Source: a bacterium
Lineage (GTDB): Bacteria; Planctomycetota; B15-G4
Length of the DNA stretch: 64,000 nucleotides
Assembly: GCA_030428785.1 (NCBI GenBank)
Contig: JAUIEF010000002.1
Coordinates: forward strand, 18,892 to 82,891
Reading direction: 5' to 3'
The position numbers and the translations under genes were made by a program. The notes beneath the pieces were generated by a model. That model worked only from the letters and a program-made list of their open reading frames with translations. It did no database searches and had not been told where the DNA came from. Positions 36,155 through 45,604 of the stretch are shown here, in pieces (positions within the stretch are counted from its first letter, which is position 1; each line of letters starts with the position of its first letter).

Positions 36155-36301
36155 GGGAGTCTCCGGGAGGCGGTGACGCGGGACACCCCCATGATGCACG
36201 GCGGAGCGGCCCGCGTCCTCGGCGCGTCGCCCCCCTCGCCGCGGCCGGACGGTGATACACTCGCGCCGGGAGGGGTCGTCGGAGCCCGGGAGACTCATCG
36301 C

Positions 36302-37366
36302 GTGAAGGTGCTCGTCACCGGCGCCACGGGATTCCTCGGCGGCTACGTCGTGCGCGAGCTGCTCCGTCGGGGACACACCGTGCGCGCGCTCGTGCGGGCC
36401 GGCCGCCCCGTGCCCGCCGCGCTCGTCGCGCGCGGCGTCGACCTCGCGACGGGCGACCTGCTCGATCCCGCGTCGCTCGTCCGGGCGTGCGCGGGCGTCG
36501 ACGGGCTCGTGCACGCCGCGATCCACAGCGGCTACTGCTCCCGACAGGACGCGCTGCAGCACCGCACGAACGAGGGCGGCGCCCGCGCGCTGTTCGACGC
36601 CGCCCGGCGCGCCGACTTGCGTCGCGTCGTCCACGTGTCGACGGTCGCGACGATCGGACCGACGCGCGACGGCCGGCTCCTCGACGAGACGGCGCCGTGG
36701 AAGGGCCGTCACTTCGGGATGCAGTACGTGCACGACAAGCTCGCGACCGAGTCCCTCGCGATGCGCGCCGCGGCGGACGGCCTGCCGGTCACCGTCGTGA
36801 ATCCCGGATCGCTCATCGGCCCGCGCCTCGACGGGAAGCCGCCCGCGTGGCACCTGCGGCGGGTCGTGCTGTCGGACACGCGCTGGGCGCCGCCCGGCGG
36901 CATCTCGGTCGTCGACGCCGCGGACGTCGCCGCGGGGGTCGCCGCGGCGCTCGAGCGCGGGCGCGCCGGTGAACGCTACCTGCTCACGGGTCACAACCTC
37001 ACGAACCGCGCCTTCTACGAGCGGCTCGCCGCGCACGTCGGGCGCCCCCGTCGCTTCCGGGAGATCCCCCGCACGGTGAAGCACGCGGCGGTCGCCGCCA
37101 CGACAGCGCTCGACCGCGTCTTCGGCTGGAGCCGTCCGCCGTACACGCCCGAGTACTTCCGGCTCTGGGGCTGGTACGGCTTCTTCGACGCGTCCAAGGC
37201 CGCGACGGAGCTCGGCTTCGCGGTGCGACCGCTCGAGCGGACGCTCGACCGCTACGACTGGAGCGATGACCGCTGCGCGTCCGCCGGAACCGCCCTCGAC
37301 CCGGACCGCGTCCGCGTGCACGTGCCGGCGCGCGACGGAACCGCGGCGGACCGCCTCGCGTCCTGA
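36302..37366 (+). CDS. NAD-dependent epimerase/dehydratase (extended SDR) family protein
   Basis: N-terminal VKVLVTGATGFLGGYVVRELLRRGH Rossmann motif; GTG start with GGGAG upstream. Confidence 0.8.
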   Translation: MKVLVTGATGFLGGYVVRELLRRGHTVRALVRAGRPVPAALVARGVDLATGDLLDPASLVRACAGVDGLVHAAIHSGYCSRQDALQHRTNEGGARALFDAARRADLRRVVHVSTVATIGPTRDGRLLDETAPWKGRHFGMQYVHDKLATESLAMRAAADGLPVTVVNPGSLIGPRLDGKPPAWHLRRVVLSDTRWAPPGGISVVDAADVAAGVAAALERGRAGERYLLTGHNLTNRAFYERLAAHVGRPRRFREIPRTVKHAAVAATTALDRVFGWSRPPYTPEYFRLWGWYGFFDASKAATELGFAVRPLERTLDRYDWSDDRCASAGTALDPDRVRVHVPARDGTAADRLAS

Positions 37367-37542
37367 AGCGTGCGGCACACCGGACCGCGAGGCGCGCGGC
37401 GCCGCGGCATCACGGAACCGCCGCTTGTCCGTCGCGTCGGACGCATGCTCCACTCGGGCTCGGGCGACGTGACCTCCCGCGGCGGCGCGTGTCGCCCGAC
37501 GGCCCGCCTCGCCCGCGACCGCCGAACCCGACGGGATCCCCC

Positions 37543-39408
37543 ATGCGCCTCGCCCCCATCACCTGCGCGCTGCTGCTCCTCGCGCCGCTCGCCCTCGCCG
37601 GCGACCGCGTCCCCGGCGAACGCTGGATGCGCTACGCCGATCCCGCCGACGCGGGCTTCGACGCCGCCGCGCTCGAGGCGGCGCGCGAGACCTGGGAGTC
37701 GCTGCCCTCGTCCGCGTTCCTCGTCGTCGCGGACGGCGCCGTCGTCGCGGCCTGGGGCGACGTCGAGCGACGCTTCATGTGCCACTCGGTGCGCAAGAGC
37801 TTCCTCTCCGCGCTCTACGGCGTCGCGTGGGACCGCGGCGACCTCGAGCTCAACAAGACGCTCGAGCAGCTCGGCATCGACGACGCGCCGGACCCGCTGC
37901 TGCCCATCGAGAAGCAGGCGCGCATCCTCGACCTGTTGAAGGCGCGCTCCGGCGTGTACCACCCGGCCGCGTACGCGGGGCGCACGGACTCGGCGCCGCG
38001 CGGCAGCGTCCCGCCGGGCCAGGCGTTCGGCTACAACAACTGGGACTTCAACACGCTCGCCACGATCTTCATCGCGGAGACGGGCGAGGACGTCTTCGAG
38101 TCCTTCGACGCGCACTTCGGCCGGCCGCTCGGCATGCAGGACTGGCGCGTGCGCGACGGGTACTACCACCACGAGCCGGACAAGTCGATCCACCCGGCGT
38201 ACCCGTTCCGCCTGTCGGCGCGCGACGCCGCGCGCTTCGGCCTGCTCTTCGCGCGGGACGGCACGTGGGGCGACGAGCGCATCCTGTCGAAGCACTGGGT
38301 CGAGCGCAGCACGGCGCTCTATTCCATCGACAACGACGTCATGGGGTACGGCTTCATGTGGTGGGTGCTGCGGCAGCCGCCGTTCGTCGACCACGGCATG
38401 GTCGCGGCGCTCGGCGTCGGCAACCAGATGATCGCGTCGCTGCCGGAGAGCGACCTCGTCATCGTGAACCGCGCGGACACCTACCGCGGCGAGTCGACGC
38501 CCACGCGCGCGCTGCTCGACCTCGTGCGGCAGGTGCTCGCGGCGCGCACGGGCGAGCCGACGGACGCGCCGGAGCTCGTGCCGCTCGAGGACGCCGCGCG
38601 GCGGTTCCGCGCGCCGGTCGACCGGGAGGACGTCGCCGAGCTGCTCGGCACCTGGCCGCACCCGCCGGCGGGCCTCGGCCGCGAGGGACGCCCGGTGACG
38701 ACGCTCACCCTCGCGCTCGAGGACGACGCCCTCCTCATGCACGTCCCCGTGCGCGGGTCGTTCGAGCTGTTCCCGCAGCCCGACGGGTCGTTCGAGTGCG
38801 AGGACTCGGGCGAACGCATCTTCGTCGTGCGCGACGAGGCGGGCGCCGTCGCGGGGCTCGCCGACGCCGGGCTCCTCGTGGGCGCCGCGCTGCTCGACGT
38901 GGCGGCCGGCGCACTCGACCGCGCCGAGTCGAGGCTCGACGGCCTCGTCGGCGGGCCGCCCCTCGAGGCGACCGTGTGCCGCGCCGCCGTGCGGCTCGCG
39001 CGCGGCGACGCCGACGGCGCGGTCGGGTCGCTGCGGCCGCTCGTCTCCGCGGACTCCGGCGGCGCGCTCGAGATGACGGTCAACCGCCTGGGCTACGGCC
39101 TGCTCCAGGCTGACGCGAAGGAGCTCGCGCGCGAGCTCTTCGAGGTGAACGTGCGGCTGCACCCCCACGCGCCGAACGTCTGGGACAGCCTGGGCGAGGC
39201 GCTCGCGGAGCTGGGACGCTTCGAGGAGTCGCTCGAGGCCTACGACACCGCGCTCGCGCTCGACCCGGGCAACGAGAACGCGTCCGTGCGTTCCCTGGCG
39301 ATCCGCGCGATGGTCGCGCGCGAGGTCGGGGCGGGCGTCACGGGCGACCGGCCCGCGGACAACGCCGCGCCGGACGAGGAGCCCGTGCCCGGTCGGAACG
39401 ACGGTTGA
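37543..39408 (+). CDS. secreted class-C beta-lactamase-fold serine hydrolase/transpeptidase-like protein with C-terminal TPR-like tail
   Basis: Signal peptide; SxxK motif MCHSVRKSF, YHP, and an HxG-type downstream motif. Confidence 0.8.
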   Translation: MRLAPITCALLLLAPLALAGDRVPGERWMRYADPADAGFDAAALEAARETWESLPSSAFLVVADGAVVAAWGDVERRFMCHSVRKSFLSALYGVAWDRGDLELNKTLEQLGIDDAPDPLLPIEKQARILDLLKARSGVYHPAAYAGRTDSAPRGSVPPGQAFGYNNWDFNTLATIFIAETGEDVFESFDAHFGRPLGMQDWRVRDGYYHHEPDKSIHPAYPFRLSARDAARFGLLFARDGTWGDERILSKHWVERSTALYSIDNDVMGYGFMWWVLRQPPFVDHGMVAALGVGNQMIASLPESDLVIVNRADTYRGESTPTRALLDLVRQVLAARTGEPTDAPELVPLEDAARRFRAPVDREDVAELLGTWPHPPAGLGREGRPVTTLTLALEDDALLMHVPVRGSFELFPQPDGSFECEDSGERIFVVRDEAGAVAGLADAGLLVGAALLDVAAGALDRAESRLDGLVGGPPLEATVCRAAVRLARGDADGAVGSLRPLVSADSGGALEMTVNRLGYGLLQADAKELARELFEVNVRLHPHAPNVWDSLGEALAELGRFEESLEAYDTALALDPGNENASVRSLAIRAMVAREVGAGVTGDRPADNAAPDEEPVPGRNDG

Positions 39409-40229
39409 CGGCACGCGTCTCGTTCGTCGTCCCCGCCTGGAACGAGGAGCGCCTGATCGGCGGCACGCTCGACGCGCTCCACGCCGCGGCGCACGAGGCC
39501 GGCGTCCCCTACGAGCTCGTGGTGGCGGACGACGCCTCCACGGACGGCACGGCGGAAATCGCGCGCGAGCGCGGCGCGGTCGTCGTCCCGTGCGACAACC
39601 GGCAGATCGCGGCGACGCGCAACGCCGGCGCGCGGGTCGCGGACGGGGACCTCCTCGTGTTCGTCGACGCCGACACGCGCGTCGGCGCGGCGGTCGTGCG
39701 CTCGACCCTCGACGCCGTGGAGGACGGCGCCGTCTACGGCGGCGCGGACGTCACCTGGGACGGCGCGATCCCCCTCTGGTCGCGGGCGCTGCTGCGCGCG
39801 ACGCTCCTCGCGTACCGTTGCGCGCGGCTGACGCCGGGCGCGTACATGTTCTGCACGCGCGAGGCGTTCGACCGGGTCGGCGGCTTCGACGAGTCGTTCT
39901 ACGCCGCCGAGGAGTTCCACTTCGCGCGGTCGCTGCGCCGCGTCGGGCGGCACGGTTGGGTGCGGGAGCGCGTCGTGACCTCGGGGCGCAAGCTGCGGAC
40001 GCACTCCGCCGGGCGACTGCTCGGGGACCTGGCCCGCATCGCGGTCGGCGGACCCCGCGCGATCCGGTCGCGCGAGCGCCTCGACCTCTGGTACGCGGAC
40101 CGCCCCGTCGACCCCGGATCCGTCGAGGGCCGCGAGGCCGACCGCGACCTCCGGGACGCCGCCGCGCGGTCGCGCGAGGCGGCGCCCCGGGAAGACGTCA
40201 GCGGACGTCGCCCGCCACGCGGGCGGTGA
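39405..40229 (+). CDS. family-2 glycosyltransferase
   Basis: SFVVPAWNEE...ELVVADDASTDGT...VFVDADT (DxD) motifs. TTG start overlaps the upstream stop (TTGA). Confidence 0.7.
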   Translation: MTARVSFVVPAWNEERLIGGTLDALHAAAHEAGVPYELVVADDASTDGTAEIARERGAVVVPCDNRQIAATRNAGARVADGDLLVFVDADTRVGAAVVRSTLDAVEDGAVYGGADVTWDGAIPLWSRALLRATLLAYRCARLTPGAYMFCTREAFDRVGGFDESFYAAEEFHFARSLRRVGRHGWVRERVVTSGRKLRTHSAGRLLGDLARIAVGGPRAIRSRERLDLWYADRPVDPGSVEGREADRDLRDAAARSREAAPREDVSGRRPPRGR

Positions 40230-40545
40230 TCGGCGTCACGATGAACGAGAAGGGCGGGAAGACCCACCACCACGTCGTCGTGTCGCTGCTGCTGATGCGC
40301 GACTGCTTGCGGCCGTCGGCGGCCGCCGCCGAGGTGAACTCGTTCACGGCGTTCTCGAAGGACGCGTCCTCGACGATCGGGTCGCCGATGCCGAAGAACC
40401 AGTGCAGGGCGACGACCTTCGTCTCCTGGTGGACGAAGTCCTTGCCGTCGTTGTCCTTGAGGCCGTTCACGTTCGAGCCGACGTTCGTCGACACGCAGGC
40501 CGCGGCGAGGCTGAGCAGTGCGATGAGGCTGAGGGTACGGATCAT
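40198..40545 (-). CDS. Bor/Iss-family outer-membrane lipoprotein
   Basis: Lipobox LAAAC. ETKVVALHWFFGIGD and FSFIVTPITARVAGD align with lambda Bor (ETITHHFFVSGIGQ...GIYTPLEARVYC). AGGAG RBS. 3' end overlaps the GT2 gene convergently by 32 nt. Confidence 0.6.
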   Translation of the reverse strand: MIRTLSLIALLSLAAACVSTNVGSNVNGLKDNDGKDFVHQETKVVALHWFFGIGDPIVEDASFENAVNEFTSAAAADGRKQSRISSSDTTTWWWVFPPFSFIVTPITARVAGDVR

Positions 40546-40678
40546 CGGGAGAACTCCTGGTGAGGTGTCTGCCGGTCTCTTCCCGGCGCGTTCGGCGGGA
40601 GCGTAGCAAGCGGGCCCCCTCGCGCGGGAGGGGGCGCGCGCACCGGGCCGCGAGCGGCGGCGCGCGGCCCGCGGCGCT

Positions 40679-42754
40679 TCACGGCTGCGTGAGCCGGACC
40701 TCGATCGGGCGCTCCTCGCTCGTGTCGCCGGCGCGGACGTCGGCGGCCGTCCACGAGGCGTAGCCGTCGGCGTGCACGCCCAGCTCGCGCGGGTCGCTCC
40801 CGTCGACGAGGTCGTCGAAGCGGCCCTCGTCGGACTCGACCGTGTGCATGACCGAGGCGCCCGCCGCGTTCATGACGAGCAGGTAGCGCCGCAGCGGCGC
40901 GCCGGTCGCCGCGTCGACGACCCGGACGTGCAGGCGCTCGCGCGGCTCGACGACGAGGTCGAGCGGCTCGTCGCCCGGCTCGGCCCAGCCCGACCAGGAG
41001 CGGTACTCCGGGTGGTCGCCGTCGAGGTACACGCGCTCGTCGGGGAGGCCGCTCAGCTCGAAGCGGCCGTCGGCGTCGGTCGCCGCCTCGGCGTCCGGGC
41101 GTCCGTCGAGGAAGGCCTCCAGGCGGTAGCCCGCGACGGGCAGCCCGCCGGCGTCGCGCACCGTGCCGCGCACCGTCGCGCCGGAGAGCAGCACGAGGTC
41201 GACGACGACCGGCGCGCCGCCTTCCGGCACGAGGACGTCACGCGCGGGCGGTGCGCGCAGCCGCTCGTCGGGGACGGCCCCCACGCCGAACCGCAGGAGG
41301 CCGGGGAGCACGCGGTCGACGCGCCACTCGCCGTCGGCGTCGGTGACGGTCTCCGCGAGGTCCGTGCGCCGCTCGCGGAAGAGCCGCCGCGCGCCGTCGG
41401 GGCCCGTCTCCCAGTGCCGGTGCGAGGTGCGCTCCCAGCCGTCCGGCGTCTCGAGGGTCACGTCGCCGCCCGTGTCGTCCGGGTCGGCGGGCCAGCGCGC
41501 GACGCGCTCGAGCTCGAGCAGGACGCCCTCGACCGGGCGGCCCGTCTCGTCGGTGACGCGACCGCCGACGCGGCTGCCGGTGACGAACACGACGTCGAGC
41601 CACGTCGTCTCGCCGGCGTGCACGAGCACGTCGGGCACCTGGCGCGCGGCCCCGTCGTCGGGCTCGCGCGCGCTCACGAGCAGGCGGCCGGGCGGCGCGA
41701 CGTCGATGCGGTAGCGGCCGTCGGCGTCGCTCCACGCGGGCTCCACCCAGCGGTCCCACGGCTCGAAGACGCCGGACATGCGCCCGACGACGGAGAGCCC
41801 CGCGCCGGCGACGGGCGCGCCGCGCGCATCGGTGACGCGTCCCTCGATCGCGCCCGCGGTCGCGAGCACGAGGTGCACGGGCCCCGCGACCGCCGGCTCG
41901 CCGGGCACGAGGAGCTCCTCGACGTCGGGCACGTGGCCGGGCGCGCTCGCGCGGCACCACGCCTTGCGCGCGTCGTCGGGGAGCATGACGTCGCGCAGCA
42001 GGAACGTGCCGTCCTCGGCGGTCGTCGTGCCGAAGCCGTGGAGCTCGACCTCCGCGTCCGCGACGGGCGTGCCGTAGCCGTCGGTGACGAGCCCGCGGAG
42101 CGCCCAGCCCGTGTCGAGGCGCACGACGAGCCCGTGGACGTCGTCCTCGCCGACCGGGATGTCGACCACCGCCTCGCCGGGCCGCTGCGTCACGAAGCCC
42201 TCGGAGCGGGTCGCGTACGCGGGCACGCGGAGCCGGTCGGCGTCGGGGGGCACGTGGTCGAGCACGAAGCGCCCGCCGGAGGTCGTCGTGCGGAACGGCC
42301 GCGGCGCCCACGAGGGCGAGCCCGACGTCCACGGCTTGTCGAGGTCGACCTCGTCCGCTCCGAGCGACTCCGCCCACGCGCTCGCGCGCCGCGACGCGTC
42401 GCCCTCCTCGCAGAAGTCCGGGAAGTGGTACGAGACGCGGACCGGCGCGACGAACGGGCTGCCGTCCGACGCGCGGACGACGCGTCCGGAGACGCGGCGG
42501 CCGACGCGCGTCGCGGGGGATGCCGGGTCGCCGCGCGCGGCGAGCGGCGCGAGCGGCTCGACGGTGCTCGTCGGCAGGGGCGCCGGTCTCGAGACGCCCT
42601 CGGGCGCCGTCATGCCCGCGCCGTCGGCGCGCGTCCCGCCGCGCACGACCGGCGGCGCCGCGTCGCCGGTCGGCGCCTCCAGCCACCAGGCCACGCCGCC
42701 GACGACGACGGCGAGCACGGCGAGGAGCACGAGCGGTCGGCGCATGCCGCCCAT
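40679..42754 (-). CDS. membrane-anchored protein with multiple carboxypeptidase-regulatory-like (CarbopepD_reg) beta-sandwich repeats
   Basis: N-terminal TM helix. Repeats such as GRVTDARGAPVAGAGLSVVG, GRVTDETGRPVEGVLLELE and GTVRDAGGLPVAGYRLEAF. Confidence 0.65.
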   Translation of the reverse strand: MGGMRRPLVLLAVLAVVVGGVAWWLEAPTGDAAPPVVRGGTRADGAGMTAPEGVSRPAPLPTSTVEPLAPLAARGDPASPATRVGRRVSGRVVRASDGSPFVAPVRVSYHFPDFCEEGDASRRASAWAESLGADEVDLDKPWTSGSPSWAPRPFRTTTSGGRFVLDHVPPDADRLRVPAYATRSEGFVTQRPGEAVVDIPVGEDDVHGLVVRLDTGWALRGLVTDGYGTPVADAEVELHGFGTTTAEDGTFLLRDVMLPDDARKAWCRASAPGHVPDVEELLVPGEPAVAGPVHLVLATAGAIEGRVTDARGAPVAGAGLSVVGRMSGVFEPWDRWVEPAWSDADGRYRIDVAPPGRLLVSAREPDDGAARQVPDVLVHAGETTWLDVVFVTGSRVGGRVTDETGRPVEGVLLELERVARWPADPDDTGGDVTLETPDGWERTSHRHWETGPDGARRLFRERRTDLAETVTDADGEWRVDRVLPGLLRFGVGAVPDERLRAPPARDVLVPEGGAPVVVDLVLLSGATVRGTVRDAGGLPVAGYRLEAFLDGRPDAEAATDADGRFELSGLPDERVYLDGDHPEYRSWSGWAEPGDEPLDLVVEPRERLHVRVVDAATGAPLRRYLLVMNAAGASVMHTVESDEGRFDDLVDGSDPRELGVHADGYASWTAADVRAGDTSEERPIEVRLTQP

Positions 42755-42814
42755 GCTACGCGCGGCCGGGCCGCCGCCCCACCGGATCGGCGGGGCGGCG
42801 GTCCCGAGCGCGTG

Positions 42815-44275
42815 TCAGAACGTGAGCTGCGCCCGCGCGTAGACGATGTCGAGGCCGTCGGCGTCGTTCGTGGCCGCCGTGCCGCCGTGGGTCTCGAGGA
42901 TGGAGGACACGCCGAACATGAAGCGCGAGAAGTTGTTCGGGTACCAGTTCACCTCGACCGTGGCCACGTCCTCCTCGCCGCCGCGGAGGCCGTTGTCGTT
43001 GGCGTCGAGGTTCGCGAGGCGGGCGGACAGCTCCCAGGCGCCGCCGCTCGTCACGTCCATGCCGCGCGCCTTCTTGTCCGGACGGAGCCGCTTGAACTCG
43101 CCGCTGCCGATGGCGTACGCCTTCGCGCGCGATTCGCCGGTGAGGGAGTACGCGGTCTCGAGCGACCAGCTGTTGAAGGTGTAGTCGGGGCCACCGCGCT
43201 GGATCTGCGCCTGGTCGATCTCGCCGACCACCGAGAACGGCCCCTCGACCACGGCGAACTCCGCGCCGATGAGCCGCGTGTTGTCCACGTCGGGGATGAA
43301 GCCCGTGTTGACAACGCGGAAGTTCGACATGTTTGTCGTCTCGTCGCGGATGCGCACCGACTTCGTGCTGCTCATGGGCTTGCGCCATGCGCCGCGGACG
43401 CCGAAGTGGACGATGCGGTCGTCCTCCATGACGGGCGCGTGGACGAAGCGGCCCGCGCCGCCCCAGCCCTCGTCGTCCACGAGGTTGCCGGACACGCTCT
43501 CGCCGAAGAGGCCGAAGGCCGCGAACCAGTCGTCCGCGGGCACGTCCATGCGGACGCCGACCGCGCGGTCGATGAACGGCGCGAGGAGCGCGATGTTCAC
43601 GCCGCGCTCCACGAACGGGATGTCGTTCGAGCTCATCTCGACCGAGAGGCTGTACGGCTGCTTCTGGTGACCGATCATCACGCGGTTGCCGTCGTCGGTC
43701 TTCACGCCGACCCAGAAGTCCTTGACGCTCGTGGCGTCGTTGGCGAAGTCGTTCTCCGCCGCCCAGATCCAGACCTCGTCGAACGTGCCCTTGAGCTCGA
43801 AGCGTGCGCGCCGCAGCTCCGTGCCGTCCGTGATGTCGACGCCGGCCTGCGAGTTGCGCGAGTGCGCGCTCGCGTCCACCTGCACGCGGCCGCCGATGTC
43901 GATGCGCGTCTTGCCGTCCGCCGAGCGGATGGAGAGCCCCGACTCGTCGAGGATGAGCTTCGGCTGACCGGCGCCCTGGTCGACGCTCGTCGACGGGGCG
44001 GCGACCGGGACGACGTCCGGCTTCGCGCGGAGCTGGTCGTACTGCTCCTGCGTGATCGCGCCGTTGGCGAGCAGGAAGTCGAGCAGGTCGTCACCGTCCT
44101 CGTCGGCGACCAGCAGCTCGGGCTCCGCCTCGACCGCCGGGGCCTCGGGGGCGAGCAGCGCGTCGAAGGTCCCGCGCCGGGAGTTCCGCACCAGGGGGCC
44201 CGCGGGCGTCGAGCAGGCGCCGGCGAGCAGGGCGACGGCGATCAGCGGAGCGGAACGTGAAGGCGTCTTGAGCAT
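42815..44275 (-). CDS. phosphate-selective porin O/P (OprO/OprP family)
   Basis: Signal peptide; porin-like beta-strand periodicity and aromatic C-terminal F. ATG at 44275 chosen after a 210-codon junk leader. Confidence 0.7.
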   Translation of the reverse strand: MLKTPSRSAPLIAVALLAGACSTPAGPLVRNSRRGTFDALLAPEAPAVEAEPELLVADEDGDDLLDFLLANGAITQEQYDQLRAKPDVVPVAAPSTSVDQGAGQPKLILDESGLSIRSADGKTRIDIGGRVQVDASAHSRNSQAGVDITDGTELRRARFELKGTFDEVWIWAAENDFANDATSVKDFWVGVKTDDGNRVMIGHQKQPYSLSVEMSSNDIPFVERGVNIALLAPFIDRAVGVRMDVPADDWFAAFGLFGESVSGNLVDDEGWGGAGRFVHAPVMEDDRIVHFGVRGAWRKPMSSTKSVRIRDETTNMSNFRVVNTGFIPDVDNTRLIGAEFAVVEGPFSVVGEIDQAQIQRGGPDYTFNSWSLETAYSLTGESRAKAYAIGSGEFKRLRPDKKARGMDVTSGGAWELSARLANLDANDNGLRGGEEDVATVEVNWYPNNFSRFMFGVSSILETHGGTAATNDADGLDIVYARAQLTF

Positions 44276-44384
44276 TGCGCGATCTCTCTGTGGGCAAGTG
44301 AGAGCAACGGATGAGTGTTCCGAGAAGAGCGGCGCGGAGCATGTCAGCCGAGCCCGGGTGCGGCAATCCGGACCCGCGGGTCTT

Positions 44385-44425
44385 AACCGAATCCACACGC
44401 GCTTCACGAAAGCTTTACACGGCGT
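44385..44425 (-). promoter_or_regulatory. Pho-box-like direct repeats upstream of the OprO/P porin gene
   Basis: On the minus strand GTGTAAA-gctt-TCGTGAA-gcgc-GTGTGGA gives 7-mers at roughly 11-bp periodicity, about 110-150 nt upstream of the ATG. Lies in a locally lower-GC intergenic stretch. Confidence 0.3.
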
Positions 44426-44544
44426 CGCGCGGACCTCGGATGGCGGGATCCTGCCCGGAACCGCGCCTGAGCGGCGGACGACGGCGTGAACGGAACGCGG
44501 ACCGGAGCGGGCATCGACGATCGCCCATGGGATCCCCGGCGAGC

Positions 44545-45483
44545 TCATGAGCCGCGACGGCCCGATCGCGGCGGCGCGGGTCGCTCCTCGATCGCGCGCT
44601 CGAGCAGCAGCTTCACGGCGCGGTGGGACTCCCCGGCGTCCGTCGTGAGCGCGAAGACGCGCGCGCGCACGTCCGGGGCCGCGCCGATCGTGCGCACCTC
44701 GTACTGGCGCTCGACCTCGTCGGCGACCACGGCGGGCATCGCGAACACGCCGCGCCCCTCCTGACCGAACGCCTTGAGCAGGCCGCTGTCCTCGATCTCC
44801 GCGACGACGTGCGGGACGACGCGCTGCTCGCCCAGCCAGCGGTCGAGCTCGCGCCGCTTGCGCGTCGTGCCCATCGGCAACAGGAAGGGCGCGCCGTCGA
44901 GGCACGCGGGGAAGTCACCCTCCAACCGGTCCGCGAGCGACGGCGCCGCGAAGAACGCCATGTCGCTGCTCGCGAGCAGCCGGCCGTGCACGCCTTCGCC
45001 GGAGACCTGCGCGGGCGTGTCGCTCAGGACCACGTCGAGTCGACGCGACCGGAGCTGCGCGACGAGGCTCTCGCGCTCGTCCTCCGTGCAGCGCAGGCGC
45101 AGCGCCGGACCGAGCGCGTCGATGACCGGCGAGAGCAGCTGACGAACGAGCAGCTTCGCGAGCACGCTGTCGATGCCGACGCGCGCGAGCACCGTGCGCC
45201 CGCTGCGCCGCGCCTCGACGACGTCGGCGAGCGCGGCGCCGATGTCGAACATCTCGCGCGCGTAGGCGTGCACCTCCGCGCCGTGCTCCGTGAGGTGCAG
45301 CCGCCGCCCGCGGCGCTCGAAGAGCGTGAGCCCGAGGCGCTCCTCGAGCTTCTTGACCTGCTCGCTGATCGTCGGGTGCGAGACGCCCAGGCGCCGCGCC
45401 GCCGGCACGAGCCCGCCCTCCTCGACGACCGTGGAGAAGTAGAGGAGGTGGTGGTAGTTGAGGCTGTGCGCCATGTCGGCCAT
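44545..45483 (-). CDS. LysR-family transcriptional regulator (NhaR-like)
   Basis: N-terminal HTH MAHSLNYHHLLYFSTVVEEGGLVPAARRLGVSHPTISEQVKKLEERLG. Divergent from the IDH gene. Confidence 0.8.
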   Translation of the reverse strand: MADMAHSLNYHHLLYFSTVVEEGGLVPAARRLGVSHPTISEQVKKLEERLGLTLFERRGRRLHLTEHGAEVHAYAREMFDIGAALADVVEARRSGRTVLARVGIDSVLAKLLVRQLLSPVIDALGPALRLRCTEDERESLVAQLRSRRLDVVLSDTPAQVSGEGVHGRLLASSDMAFFAAPSLADRLEGDFPACLDGAPFLLPMGTTRKRRELDRWLGEQRVVPHVVAEIEDSGLLKAFGQEGRGVFAMPAVVADEVERQYEVRTIGAAPDVRARVFALTTDAGESHRAVKLLLERAIEERPAPPRSGRRGS

Positions 45484-45604
45484 GCCTACATGGTAGTCGG
45501 AAAGTCGTTGATGACCGACAGGTTCTCCGGAGGCATATCTGGGCACCCGTCGGGGCCGGAACCGCGCCCCGCACCCCATCCCCCCGCTCTGGAGCCCCCC
45601 CCCG

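Noticed and set aside
36296-36298. ATG at 36298 as the pirin start codon
   Set aside because: It would leave 3 nt between divergent start codons and add ~48 non-pirin residues. GTG 36154 with a GGAG RBS gives a canonical pirin N-terminus.
40772-44260. 1162-aa plus-strand ORF across the porin and CarbopepD genes
   Set aside because: Low-complexity R/A/E/G translation; the opposite strand carries domain-bearing genes.
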